A DNA stretch of 64,000 nucleotides from a virus (taxonomy: Duplodnaviria; Caudoviricetes), in the IMG/VR virus record IMGVR_UViG_3300021387_000147. One strand, 5' to 3'. Shown here piece by piece: positions 29,566-38,653 of this stretch. The position numbers and the translations under genes are program-made. The notes under the pieces were generated by a model, which was not told the DNA's origin, did no database searches, and saw only the letters and a program-made list of their open reading frames with translations. Each line of letters begins with the position of its first letter. Position 1 is the stretch's first letter.

Positions 29566-29958
29566 TTAGAAACGTTGTTTCTTGAAATGATCAATCATTA
29601 ACTTAGTGAAGTCATCCTGATTTGGACGTTTACGTGTCTTTACATATTCTTCTGCTGCCTTAATTAGAGTCTGACGAACATCTTCAGCACTCATGCAACG
29701 CTTACATGCCTGTAGACAGTCATAAACCAAATCTTCCTTAACAACAGCACGAATGAACTTTGTGACCTTTCTAAAGTCTGTTGCAAATCCATCGTCATCC
29801 CAAGAAGCTTCTGTACCATCGTCTTCTACTTCTTCTGGATATTTTGCTGCGCCTGATGCAACCAATTTGTCTTCGATTTCTGGAGTATAAGTCCATTCTT
29901 CTTTCATCAACTTATATCCTGCATCTCTCATTACTTTCTTTGCTTCTAATAAATTCAT
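29566..29958 (-). CDS. Late protein with MNLLEAKKVMRDAGY N-terminus
   Basis: TATAAATA at 29999-30006; AGGAG RBS; flanked by terminators. Confidence 0.7.
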   Translation of the reverse strand: MNLLEAKKVMRDAGYKLMKEEWTYTPEIEDKLVASGAAKYPEEVEDDGTEASWDDDGFATDFRKVTKFIRAVVKEDLVYDCLQACKRCMSAEDVRQTLIKAAEEYVKTRKRPNQDDFTKLMIDHFKKQRF

Positions 29959-30075
29959 TGAATTCTCCTTTTTATACGTATAATTAAAGTTTCTACTTTA
30001 TTTATACAATATAAAAAAAGAATATGGATTTAACTCCATATTCTTGTAAGAAAATTCCTGATTTGCTTTTTCAGC

Positions 30076-30486
30076 TTATTCAATAGAATATTCGTTAGGT
30101 TTGGCTTTTGCAGCAACTGGGATAGTAATAGTCATTAGACCATTTTCTACCTTTGCCTTCATGCCATCCAAGTCCAAATCACTAGAGATTGTCCAAGAAG
30201 CCTTTTTGAAGAACTTGATGCGATGATCCTTGTAATTTGTTTCTGGAACATCCTTTGTCTTATTAACATTCTTGTTTTCTACGACCAAGCGCAATTTGCC
30301 ATCGATAACTTCAGATGTTAACTTCAAGTCATCCTTTGTCAATCCAACAACAGCGATTTCGATAGTCCAAGAGCCATCATCATTGCGTATGATGTTCTGA
30401 GGAATACCAAATTCCATCTGTGCAAGACCAAATGCCTTGTTAACTGTATCAACAAAATTGTTAATTTCTGCGGAAAAATCACTCAT
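30076..30486 (-). CDS. Small heat shock protein (Hsp20/alpha-crystallin)
   Basis: PQNII..WTIEIAVVGLTKDDL ... AKVENGLMTITIP. Confidence 0.85.
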   Translation of the reverse strand: MSDFSAEINNFVDTVNKAFGLAQMEFGIPQNIIRNDDGSWTIEIAVVGLTKDDLKLTSEVIDGKLRLVVENKNVNKTKDVPETNYKDHRIKFFKKASWTISSDLDLDGMKAKVENGLMTITIPVAAKAKPNEYSIE

Positions 30487-30617
30487 AATTTTAATTATCC
30501 TTTGAGACCAATAATGTATCTCTGCTTCAGGTTTAAGACTTGTTTTCAAAATGTAAAACAAGGTGAACATGGAAGCTCTCATGTTCACTTTATTTATATC
30601 TTTTCTTTTTAGAAATT

Positions 30618-32138
30618 TTACTTGATCACGTCGTAACGTGGAACGTTCAAAGTTTCCTTCAAGATTTCGTATGGGTCTAACTTGTTAGACATAACCATCT
30701 TTGCAGTGTTTACAGAGAAACCTGAGACAAGTGCTACACCAGCTTCGTTTTCCTTAACTGGGATAGTATCAGTTCTGCCACAGATATTCCAGAATACGCA
30801 CTTTGGCAATACATATCCTGCTCTCTTCCACTTTGCGGCAATGTTTTCAAACAAAGTCTTCTGTTCAGACTTGTTCATTGCACTAGCCCACCAACCATTA
30901 CGATTAGCAGTATTAGAACATGCACACTGGTCAAATTCCATATCGGACAAAATCAAAACAGTTGGAATATCCTTCTGAGCGATATGACCGTTCTTTGCGG
31001 CATCAAGCAACAAATCGAATACAGCTTCTACGTTAGTATTAGCACATTCAGATTCACGCCATGCCAACTGGATCTTATCCTTCAAGTCCTTCAATCCACC
31101 CAAGTTTACGAACTTTGGCTGCATGGAGAAGGTAATGAACTTGTCCTTATATGGACCTGCTGGCAAACGTTCTGCAAAGTAAATTGCAAGAGCAGTTGCT
31201 ACATCCAATGCAGAAACATTGGAACCACCAACACGAGAAGACATAGAACCAGAACCATCGCGAACGACAATTACTGGCTTATCGCCTACAGTGTTTGGAA
31301 GAGCCTTCCACATCTGTTCAAGAGCTACATCCTTGTTGTTCCAGTTCTGAGAACGGTACTTATAAAGGATTTCATGTGGGAAGTTTACAGCAGAGTTAAT
31401 CTTTGCTTCACCCTTTTCCAACTTACTCAAGAATTCACGACGACGTGCTTCGTCATGCTTCAAGAATGCATCCTTATAGTTCAAGTTTGCCTTAGAAGGA
31501 ACCTTCTGATAGTCAATCTTGTCCCAATCACCAGAACACATCTTGATTTCAGTTACGTCAATCTTAGAACGCAACTTAGACAACATCTTACGATACTGCT
31601 TATCATTTACACCCAATGCTGAGATGAAACGACGAGCCAATGCCTTAGTCTGTTCAGATGAAGTATTGATAGAAGGCATCCACTTTGCAAGCAAAGATAC
31701 GGACTGGCCGGAAGCACAAGCCTTCATATCAGCAGACAACTGATTCTTGACAAAGTCAATCATATCAGATTCTGCATCAGTATCAAACAAAACAAACAAA
31801 GAGTCAAATCGGTTAAATTCACCGACATACTTAATCAAGTCCTTACGGGACTGCAAAATATACTTGATTAAAATACGGAACAATCTACGTTCACCCAATC
31901 CTTCACGAATATCACCGACGTAGAATGCCCACTTCAATGCCAAAACTGGGTCTTCAGCAAGAGCCTTAATAAAATCACCCAAAATTTCAGATTCAGAGCG
32001 GTTTCTATATGAAGAAACCTTAAAATTCATATCCAATAGTGCCTTACCAGTAGTCTGATAACCAATTGCACCATTTTCAGTAACGGACTTTGCGTTGTCC
32101 AAAATCTTCTTAACTTCAGCGAATAAATCTGCTGCCAT
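30618..32138 (-). CDS. DUF2828-family TROVE/Ro60-related protein with vWA domain
   Basis: TENGA, DIREGLGERRLF, LLAKWMPS, VVRDGSGSM (MIDAS), ILSDMEFD, VFWN, VSGFS. Confidence 0.85.
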   Translation of the reverse strand: MAADLFAEVKKILDNAKSVTENGAIGYQTTGKALLDMNFKVSSYRNRSESEILGDFIKALAEDPVLALKWAFYVGDIREGLGERRLFRILIKYILQSRKDLIKYVGEFNRFDSLFVLFDTDAESDMIDFVKNQLSADMKACASGQSVSLLAKWMPSINTSSEQTKALARRFISALGVNDKQYRKMLSKLRSKIDVTEIKMCSGDWDKIDYQKVPSKANLNYKDAFLKHDEARRREFLSKLEKGEAKINSAVNFPHEILYKYRSQNWNNKDVALEQMWKALPNTVGDKPVIVVRDGSGSMSSRVGGSNVSALDVATALAIYFAERLPAGPYKDKFITFSMQPKFVNLGGLKDLKDKIQLAWRESECANTNVEAVFDLLLDAAKNGHIAQKDIPTVLILSDMEFDQCACSNTANRNGWWASAMNKSEQKTLFENIAAKWKRAGYVLPKCVFWNICGRTDTIPVKENEAGVALVSGFSVNTAKMVMSNKLDPYEILKETLNVPRYDVIK

Positions 32139-32157
32139 AATTTTCACTCCTATATAA

Positions 32158-32248
32158 CTAGATTCTTTTTTATGTTGTTGTTAAAATCTAAAACAAGATA
32201 CAATATTATTATTGAGCAAATAATGCGGTAAATTGCTGTGTGTATCTT
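32158..32248 (-). ncRNA. Two leader hairpins carrying ACA(G/A)CAA
   Basis: AAGATACA-CACAGCAA...TGTATCTT and TAGATTTT-AACAACAA...AGAATCTA; downstream of a TTGACA-N17-TACATT promoter (about 32299-32327). Confidence 0.45.
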
Positions 32249-32357
32249 ATGTACTTGTTTTATATATTAAATTACTTCATTGATTTTTTGCAGTGCTAAA
32301 TGTAAGTAATTAAATTATCTTTGTCAACCCTGCAAAAAACATTTTATCCAAAAATTC

Positions 32358-32705
32358 TTATCGACTTTGAGAAATGTTGATTGTGTAATCATCGCGGTCA
32401 TAAATCATAGTGCCCGCTGGAGTACTTACAACAAGCTCATCGTAATAAATCTTATAATCTGGATTTATAAACGTATCACATGTATTCGTTTCCTTATTAC
32501 AAACAACTAACTTTGTCTGCATTTGTGGAAGAACAATATACATTGGCTTCCTTGGACGGACATATTCAACATAACCATCTGGTGTGACAACTGTATAAGC
32601 TGACACATACCTTGGTGGAGGTGGAGGCGGAACCCTCTTATGATGAGGTGGATGAGCAAATGCAATTCCAACCATCAATGCGAATGTAAGTAAAATCTTT
32701 TTCAT
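32358..32705 (-). CDS. Secreted Pro-rich protein
   Basis: Signal peptide MKKILLTFALMVGIAFA, then HPPHHKRVPPPPPPR. Confidence 0.65.
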   Translation of the reverse strand: MKKILLTFALMVGIAFAHPPHHKRVPPPPPPRYVSAYTVVTPDGYVEYVRPRKPMYIVLPQMQTKLVVCNKETNTCDTFINPDYKIYYDELVVSTPAGTMIYDRDDYTINISQSR

Positions 32706-32706
32706 A

Positions 32707-33135
32707 TTAGTTTCCTGCAACAAATTCTTGTGCACCTTTAATTGCAATAAGTTTAATTTCTTCTTCTTTACGCTTCTTTCTAATTTTAGTACAATTCTTA
32801 ATTGTCTGATTTAGAAGCTTATCAATTTTATGTACTTTCCACTTCCAAAACCAAGTCTGATTTAAAAGTGCATCATACCAATTCTTAGCTTCTCCACGAG
32901 CATGACGGAAGAATTCCTTAACTTCAAAATGACCTGTTTCATCATAATGCCATTCTTTAGGAATCCAAAGTCTGACTGGACGTCCTTCACTATTAAATTC
33001 ATATCCAAAGAATTTATCTTTGCACAAATCATCATTTATAGTGTATACGTATTCCATGCTATTCAGCTTATGCAGAAGCAAACCATACTTATCTGCTAGC
33101 AATTTCAAATCATATACTTTATCGACAAAATCCAT
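32707..33135 (-). CDS. Hypothetical protein, C-terminal helix family
   Basis: Ends KRKEEEIKLIAIKG. Confidence 0.6.
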   Translation of the reverse strand: MDFVDKVYDLKLLADKYGLLLHKLNSMEYVYTINDDLCKDKFFGYEFNSEGRPVRLWIPKEWHYDETGHFEVKEFFRHARGEAKNWYDALLNQTWFWKWKVHKIDKLLNQTIKNCTKIRKKRKEEEIKLIAIKGAQEFVAGN

Positions 33136-33136
33136 A

Positions 33137-33391
33137 TTAGTCCTTTCTCGTATCTTCCGCGGAAATTTCTGCTAATTCTGCCTTAATTTCATTTGTAGTC
33201 TTAACATTCTGATATGTGCACCAACCAAATAAGCCAGCCCACAGAATATTGGCTACATGTGAGACTGCAAATGTGCCTGTTGCCAAAGCAAGACCTACAC
33301 ACAAAGCATTCAATACAAGCAAAACAAATTGGAGAATACGGAGCCACTTCGGCCACACATATCTATCTTCATATTCTTTAGGAATTTTCAT
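33137..33391 (-). CDS. Small membrane protein
   Basis: Two hydrophobic segments. Confidence 0.6.
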   Translation of the reverse strand: MKIPKEYEDRYVWPKWLRILQFVLLVLNALCVGLALATGTFAVSHVANILWAGLFGWCTYQNVKTTNEIKAELAEISAEDTRKD

Positions 33392-33392
33392 T

Positions 33393-34142
33393 TTAAACCT
33401 CCATCATAGTTTCAATTGCATTTGGAAGATGCGGATCAAAGTAAGGAATTCGAACAATATCCAGCTTAAACTTATTCTTTCGATACATATCCATAATCTT
33501 TTCAAAATGAGGACCCTTAATGCCCTTACGAATAAGTTCATTTACTTCATGATACGTAAATCCAAGTTTGTCTTCATCTGTCTTTGGCTGAAGACCATCA
33601 ATTGGAACCTTATGAACCAGTTCATAAGGAAGACCGAGGTCATCACCAATATCCATTATTTCTTCTGTAGTAAGTTTACTTAGAGCAGCGAACGAACCAG
33701 CATTATCGCCATACAAAGTTGCATAGCCAACGGTATCTTCACTCAAATTACAAGTATTTGCAACAAATCCACCAACAGTCTGAGCAACTGCATACAAAGT
33801 GCTCATACGAAGACGAGCAGGCAAATTAGTCAAAGTATCATAACTGAGTTCTACGCCCAAATTAATTGCATTGCAAAGGTCATTGAATGCATTTCCAATA
33901 TTGACTGTAGTGCTCTTAATTCCAAGAAAATCAATAAGCTTCTGACTGTCTCCAATATCCTTCTGAATACCACAGGGCATCATAACGCCAATTACGTTTT
34001 CTGGACCAATTGCTTTAGCGCAAATTGCAGCGACTACAGAACTATCCTTTCCACCAGAAATTCCAATAACTACCTTTGTCTGATGATTCTTTTCAAGAAT
34101 TGCCTTAGTCCAGTTAACACAATTACGAGTCAGAGTCTTCAT
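33393..34142 (-). CDS. nadE: NH3-dependent NAD+ synthetase
   Basis: VVIGISGGKDSSV, NLPARLRM, GYATLYGD, TDEDKLGFTY. Confidence 0.95.
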   Translation of the reverse strand: MKTLTRNCVNWTKAILEKNHQTKVVIGISGGKDSSVVAAICAKAIGPENVIGVMMPCGIQKDIGDSQKLIDFLGIKSTTVNIGNAFNDLCNAINLGVELSYDTLTNLPARLRMSTLYAVAQTVGGFVANTCNLSEDTVGYATLYGDNAGSFAALSKLTTEEIMDIGDDLGLPYELVHKVPIDGLQPKTDEDKLGFTYHEVNELIRKGIKGPHFEKIMDMYRKNKFKLDIVRIPYFDPHLPNAIETMMEV

Positions 34143-34158
34143 TTTTCTTCCTTTGTTA

Positions 34159-34695
34159 TTAAATTACTTCGATTTCCTGTGCACGAAGAACAGCGAGAGC
34201 ATGTTCCTTTGCTTCCTTTGTCACACCTTCGGTGAGCTTAGCGATAACCTTAATAGGCTTATCAGGGAACATTGCACGGAGAATTACAGCATTGGCGAGC
34301 ACACAAATTTCAGTGCAAAAACCAATCAAAACAATTTCTTCAGCCTGTGCAATAATACGCTGGAGACCTTCATTGTTCCAATCCGTATATCCAAATGTAG
34401 GCTTATCAATTACAGCCTGAACCTTTGCACCAGCAGCGTTTGCGACGTCCTGTCGAACCATCCAACCTTCAGTGCCATGAATACAATGCTTCAAGCCCTT
34501 ATCTGCAGGAAGATACTTACCTTCGAGCGAATTTTCATAAATTCCATCAACGTGAGTGTCACGAGTGAATACAACTGGACCTTGCCAATTCTTGATAAAT
34601 TCAACAATATCAGGGATAATTGCTTCAGCGTCCTTGTTTGCGAGTGCGCCTGTAATAAAATCAGGCTGAATATCAATACCAACTAGAGTCTTCAT
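34159..34695 (-). CDS. pncA: Nicotinamidase (isochorismatase family)
   Basis: IDIQPDFITGAL, TRDTH, HCIHGTEGW, DKPTFG, GFCTEICV; adjacent to nadE. Confidence 0.85.
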   Translation of the reverse strand: MKTLVGIDIQPDFITGALANKDAEAIIPDIVEFIKNWQGPVVFTRDTHVDGIYENSLEGKYLPADKGLKHCIHGTEGWMVRQDVANAAGAKVQAVIDKPTFGYTDWNNEGLQRIIAQAEEIVLIGFCTEICVLANAVILRAMFPDKPIKVIAKLTEGVTKEAKEHALAVLRAQEIEVI

Positions 34696-34776
34696 GTTTA
34701 TTTTCCTTTTTGACGTAAAAATTATTAAAAATTATGCATTTTGGCAACCCATTAAAATGTAAAATTTTCTAAATGA

Positions 34777-34859
34777 TCCAAGATTTTTAAAAATTTGACT
34801 GCCTTGACTTTTCTCCTTGTTAAACAGCGTCGCAGCAGTCATATCAAAGATTTCTTGGA
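34777..34859 (-). other. Long imperfect intergenic hairpin
   Basis: TCCAAGA/TCTTGGA outer stem; TGACTGC/GCAGTCA inner stem. Confidence 0.5.
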
Positions 34860-34892
34860 AACATTCCTATTTGGAAGTCGTATAAGAAAGCA

Positions 34893-35063
34893 CTAAAATT
34901 CAAAATCCTTGTTAGAGTGCTTCTGCTTTCTCGTATACTTCTTCTTATTCGGAATGGAGCGAGTGCGAAGCGTCATGCCGTTATTAGTACCAGCAATTCG
35001 TTCATTACGCATACGTTCATTTTCCTTAGCAGAGTCTTTGATATTTTTCTTATTCTTAGCCAT
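34893..35063 (-). CDS. ArfA-like basic peptide (putative ribosome rescue factor), 56 aa
   Basis: LRTRSIPNKKKYTRKQKH resembles ArfA [21 protein letters not shown]; has its own promoter. Confidence 0.5.
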   Translation of the reverse strand: MAKNKKNIKDSAKENERMRNERIAGTNNGMTLRTRSIPNKKKYTRKQKHSNKDFEF

Positions 35064-35090
35064 AATTCTTAATCTCTTTTTTTTAACAAG

Positions 35091-35150
35091 TAAAATATAA
35101 GTAATTATGGACCTTTTGGAAACCCTTATTTTTGTAAAAAGATGTTTACA
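35091..35150 (-). promoter_or_regulatory. Sigma70-type promoter with TGTAAA-N6-TTTACA operator
   Basis: TTTCCA-N17-TATATT; box 35133-35150. Confidence 0.7.
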
Positions 35151-35249
35151 AAACCAGGCCTCCAAGGAGCGCTCCAGGGCCTTTTTTGACAGGCCCCTAA
35201 CAATCTATCGTCCAATGGGCTAAAAATGCCCCAAAATAGCCCGTTTTCA

Positions 35250-35786
35250 TCAAGAAATAGATTTAATTTTGGCTTCCTTGAGTGCTTTTTTCATGTTCTG
35301 TAAATAAGAATTTACAAATGGGAGGATAGTGTCAAAATTTGACACTTCCTTAATATATTCCTTTTCTTTCACAATTGGAATGATTTTTTCACCAAATTCC
35401 CGGCCAAGCATTCTATTATTTTCCATTACATTTTTGTCAGGATTTGGAAATGAATAATAAATTAAATCATTTGCTTCACCAATTAAATTTTGAATAAATC
35501 GACTAGGCTTATAATTCAAAACCAAATTTTTATCTACACCATGACCATACGTATAAGCCTTATAAACAATTTCATAAATTGTATCGACTTTTTGTCTAAT
35601 CATGATAGGAGCAATAAATGCATCATGCCTAATCATAATAGTTGCAATTCCAGGCCAGGTTTCTCTATCAACTGTACATTCTGGTAAATTATCTTTTAAA
35701 TATTGCAATAATCTTTGTTCTGTTTTATAAAGATAATTAGCATAATTAGGATCATTTTGATTTGGTCCTTTTTCTACAATGAACAT
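35250..35786 (-). CDS. C-terminal helix family member
   Basis: Ends MKKALKEAKIKSIS. Confidence 0.7.
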   Translation of the reverse strand: MFIVEKGPNQNDPNYANYLYKTEQRLLQYLKDNLPECTVDRETWPGIATIMIRHDAFIAPIMIRQKVDTIYEIVYKAYTYGHGVDKNLVLNYKPSRFIQNLIGEANDLIYYSFPNPDKNVMENNRMLGREFGEKIIPIVKEKEYIKEVSNFDTILPFVNSYLQNMKKALKEAKIKSIS

Positions 35787-36370
35787 CCTATAACTCCAAT
35801 TGCTTTAATTTTAGCTTTTTTAATTGTTCTATGATAACCTTTATAGAGATCTGTAATAAATGGAATTACATCTTCAAAGTTTTCAAATGATTTCTTAATC
35901 ATTTTCTTTTCAACTACTTGAATATGATAATCTGAATTGACTGCGATTTCTGTTCCATTTAGTTCATCTTTAGGTTGAAGTCTATGTGCAAAAGATGAAA
36001 AACATTGAGCTAATTTAGCTAATTCAGATTTTGTATTAACTAACCTACTAAAATCCAAATCAGAATAGACAACTTCAAAATCAGTTGGATTTACATTTAT
36101 AAGAACCTTAAGATTGAAATTATCAGTTAATGAATAATTACAGACATTTCTATATCGTAAATCATATTCAGGAAATTCTTTAGCAATAGAATCAAAATAA
36201 TAAAAACGATCACCAAAGTATTTCTTTCTTCTATCTTCTATTGTTCCCATAACTTGTTCCTTTAAATGCTTATAATATTCAATATCTTCTTGTGTAGGAT
36301 TTACAATTGAAGGAGGTAGTAAATAACCACATAATCTAGTGACTGTCAATTCAGGAATATCAGTAATCAT
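35774..36370 (-). CDS. C-terminal helix family member
   Basis: Ends RTIKKAKIKAIGVIGCSL. Confidence 0.7.
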   Translation of the reverse strand: MITDIPELTVTRLCGYLLPPSIVNPTQEDIEYYKHLKEQVMGTIEDRRKKYFGDRFYYFDSIAKEFPEYDLRYRNVCNYSLTDNFNLKVLINVNPTDFEVVYSDLDFSRLVNTKSELAKLAQCFSSFAHRLQPKDELNGTEIAVNSDYHIQVVEKKMIKKSFENFEDVIPFITDLYKGYHRTIKKAKIKAIGVIGCSL

Positions 36371-36830
36371 CTTCGTCTGCTCCAATTTGTTTAATTTGAA
36401 ATACTTTCATTTTAACTTTTAAATCATTAATATACTTAAAGAATGCTTCTTCAACTTCTTCAATAGAATGACATGGTTCAATCATCTGGGTAGATTTAAT
36501 ATTGCACATAATATCACGTTGTCCACTATTATGATTAGCTATAAGTTGATCATTCCATACATTAAACATTTGTCTTAATGTTGCAACTGAATATTCAACA
36601 TCTTGGAATCTACATTCATAAACAGTTCTTGTTGTTAAATCTATAGGACTTGTAATAGGAACTGGCTTAATAAAAAACTTTCCAGCAAGATAACTGTCAT
36701 AAAGCACTACATTATCACGATTATCACCAATGATATTAAAATGATAACCTTCACGTTGAAGCTTTCTAAAATGTTCAACAATCATCATCTTTTCTTGAGC
36801 AAATTTCATTCTATCAGTATAATTTGTCAT
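36360..36830 (-). CDS. C-terminal helix family member
   Basis: Ends LKVKMKVFQIKQIGADEDDY. Confidence 0.7.
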   Translation of the reverse strand: MTNYTDRMKFAQEKMMIVEHFRKLQREGYHFNIIGDNRDNVVLYDSYLAGKFFIKPVPITSPIDLTTRTVYECRFQDVEYSVATLRQMFNVWNDQLIANHNSGQRDIMCNIKSTQMIEPCHSIEEVEEAFFKYINDLKVKMKVFQIKQIGADEDDY

Positions 36831-37236
36831 CTTCTTTCTCTTTACAAATATGTTCAATTAAATATCTTTTTTCAATTCCATCAAGTTTATGCAACCAACA
36901 TGCAACATCTGTTATAACTTCATCTTCAGTATTAATTGAAGTCCAACCAGAAACAGGCACTACATAATAACCATATTTTTGTTGGCCAACATTACCATCA
37001 CCTTTATCATAGAAATATGGCATATCTAATGTTTTAACTAACATTGAATCTTTATGACAATCAAAATAATTAGGTTCACCAAAGATTTTGTAAGCAGTTC
37101 TATATTTGTTATGACAAACATAAAATGAATTTTGACTATTGCCAACAACTACAGATACCATAGGAACATCTTTATAAATTGCATTTAATCTATTATACAA
37201 GTTTTTACAATGACCTAAAAATTCATTAATTAACAT
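36814..37236 (-). CDS. C-terminal helix family member
   Basis: Ends LDGIEKRYLIEHICKEKEDDKLY. Confidence 0.65.
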   Translation of the reverse strand: MLINEFLGHCKNLYNRLNAIYKDVPMVSVVVGNSQNSFYVCHNKYRTAYKIFGEPNYFDCHKDSMLVKTLDMPYFYDKGDGNVGQQKYGYYVVPVSGWTSINTEDEVITDVACWLHKLDGIEKRYLIEHICKEKEDDKLY

Positions 37237-37245
37237 AATATCTCC

Positions 37246-37704
37246 TTAGTTCATCCAAGTCATATAATCACTATAATAATCAGGTTCTTTTTTACCAATA
37301 GATTTAATTGCAATCAATTTTTCAACTTTAGCAATTTCTCTTTTATATTCTTGATACTTATCAAAAATAGAATCTACAGATGTTGTTAAAAATGCACGTT
37401 TTTGTCTATTATCCATTACATAACTATAACTATCTGCATTCTTATCATAAATTGGAAATTCATAATCTACTCTGAAAGAACTATAAGCTCTATCAAAAGA
37501 AATAATAAAATCATATTGCAATCTTGGATAACGAATAGTAATTAAATCACTAATGCAACTATAAGTGTCAACTAAAACTTGTTCACCTTTATTTTTATCA
37601 ATTAATTCATCAAATGCATTAAACAAATGAAATGCTAATGTATTCTGACTACCTTTGTTTTGTGATTTCAAATAATCATCAACTGCATTTTTCAAACCAT
37701 TCAT
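37246..37704 (-). CDS. C-terminal helix family member
   Basis: IAKVEKLIAIKSIG near the C-terminus. Confidence 0.7.
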   Translation of the reverse strand: MNGLKNAVDDYLKSQNKGSQNTLAFHLFNAFDELIDKNKGEQVLVDTYSCISDLITIRYPRLQYDFIISFDRAYSSFRVDYEFPIYDKNADSYSYVMDNRQKRAFLTTSVDSIFDKYQEYKREIAKVEKLIAIKSIGKKEPDYYSDYMTWMN

Positions 37705-38162
37705 ATTGCTTCAATCCTTGCTTTTAAAATTTTCTTGTTTATTTCATTCATCCAAATTTGAACATCATTTTTAATTTCGTCAAATGAATTTAATGTTTTA
37801 TGATGTGAACAATTAATAGAATATAATCTTTTTTTGTTAATAGTTATTGGATGCATTTCATATTCATGAATCATATCATCACTTACTCTGTTCCAATATT
37901 CATATCTTAATGAGTCAAAATCAGTTGAAAATTTTATTGGCATATATGCATTAATTTCATACCAAGGTTTCTCACCAACATTAAAAAATTTCATTACAAT
38001 CTTATACATTACATTATTATACATAATGTTAGCACATTCTGATGCATAATGAGAAACTAAAACATCAGGAAATACTTTTGTAATATCAATTAAATCATCA
38101 CGGAATTTTTCATAAACATCGTATTCATACGTTTTACAAGTTATTGGAATAAGACTAATCAT
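37701..38162 (-). CDS. C-terminal helix family member
   Basis: Ends INKKILKARIEAI. Confidence 0.7.
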   Translation of the reverse strand: MISLIPITCKTYEYDVYEKFRDDLIDITKVFPDVLVSHYASECANIMYNNVMYKIVMKFFNVGEKPWYEINAYMPIKFSTDFDSLRYEYWNRVSDDMIHEYEMHPITINKKRLYSINCSHHKTLNSFDEIKNDVQIWMNEINKKILKARIEAI

Positions 38163-38653
38163 ATTGCTTCAATCCTTGCCTTAAGTGCATCTTTTTTTAT
38201 TTTATCACGCCAATCTACAAAAGCCTTATATGCATCATCTCCATTATCATAAATACTCATTCTCTGAGTAATTGTCATATTCAGCTTTTTATTTTTAACA
38301 ACAATTGTCTTTCCAGAACTATCTGCTTCATATTCATAAAAAGCAGGTTCATCAAAATGAATCATAAATTTTGGCTGAATCATGCTTTTGTCTTTATATA
38401 AATCAATTTTATATTGAAAACAAGTCTTAGCCGAATTTCTATCTACTTCTTCAATCTCATTTGGATAATACCAAAGAAGAAATGCACCATCAGTACCAAC
38501 AGACATTCTAAATTCTGCATTAGGCGTCATAAAATAATTTTCTTCATTTAAATTAAATCTTTCAACAATATTGTTATACACGTCAATAAGCTCTTTCTTA
38601 TCGGCAGTAAACATATTCCAATGTGCTCTATTTCCAAAGTTAATCTTTGTCAT
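38159..38653 (-). CDS. C-terminal helix family member
   Basis: Ends IKKDALKARIEAI. Confidence 0.7.
   Translation of the reverse strand: MTKINFGNRAHWNMFTADKKELIDVYNNIVERFNLNEENYFMTPNAEFRMSVGTDGAFLLWYYPNEIEEVDRNSAKTCFQYKIDLYKDKSMIQPKFMIHFDEPAFYEYEADSSGKTIVVKNKKLNMTITQRMSIYDNGDDAYKAFVDWRDKIKKDALKARIEAI

Noticed and set aside
34893-35165. Extended N-termini in the ORF track (also 41606, 47620, 58638, 6283, 11641, 27208)
   Set aside because: The extensions run through promoter or terminator sequence; downstream ATGs with an RBS or promoter-proximal position are more plausible
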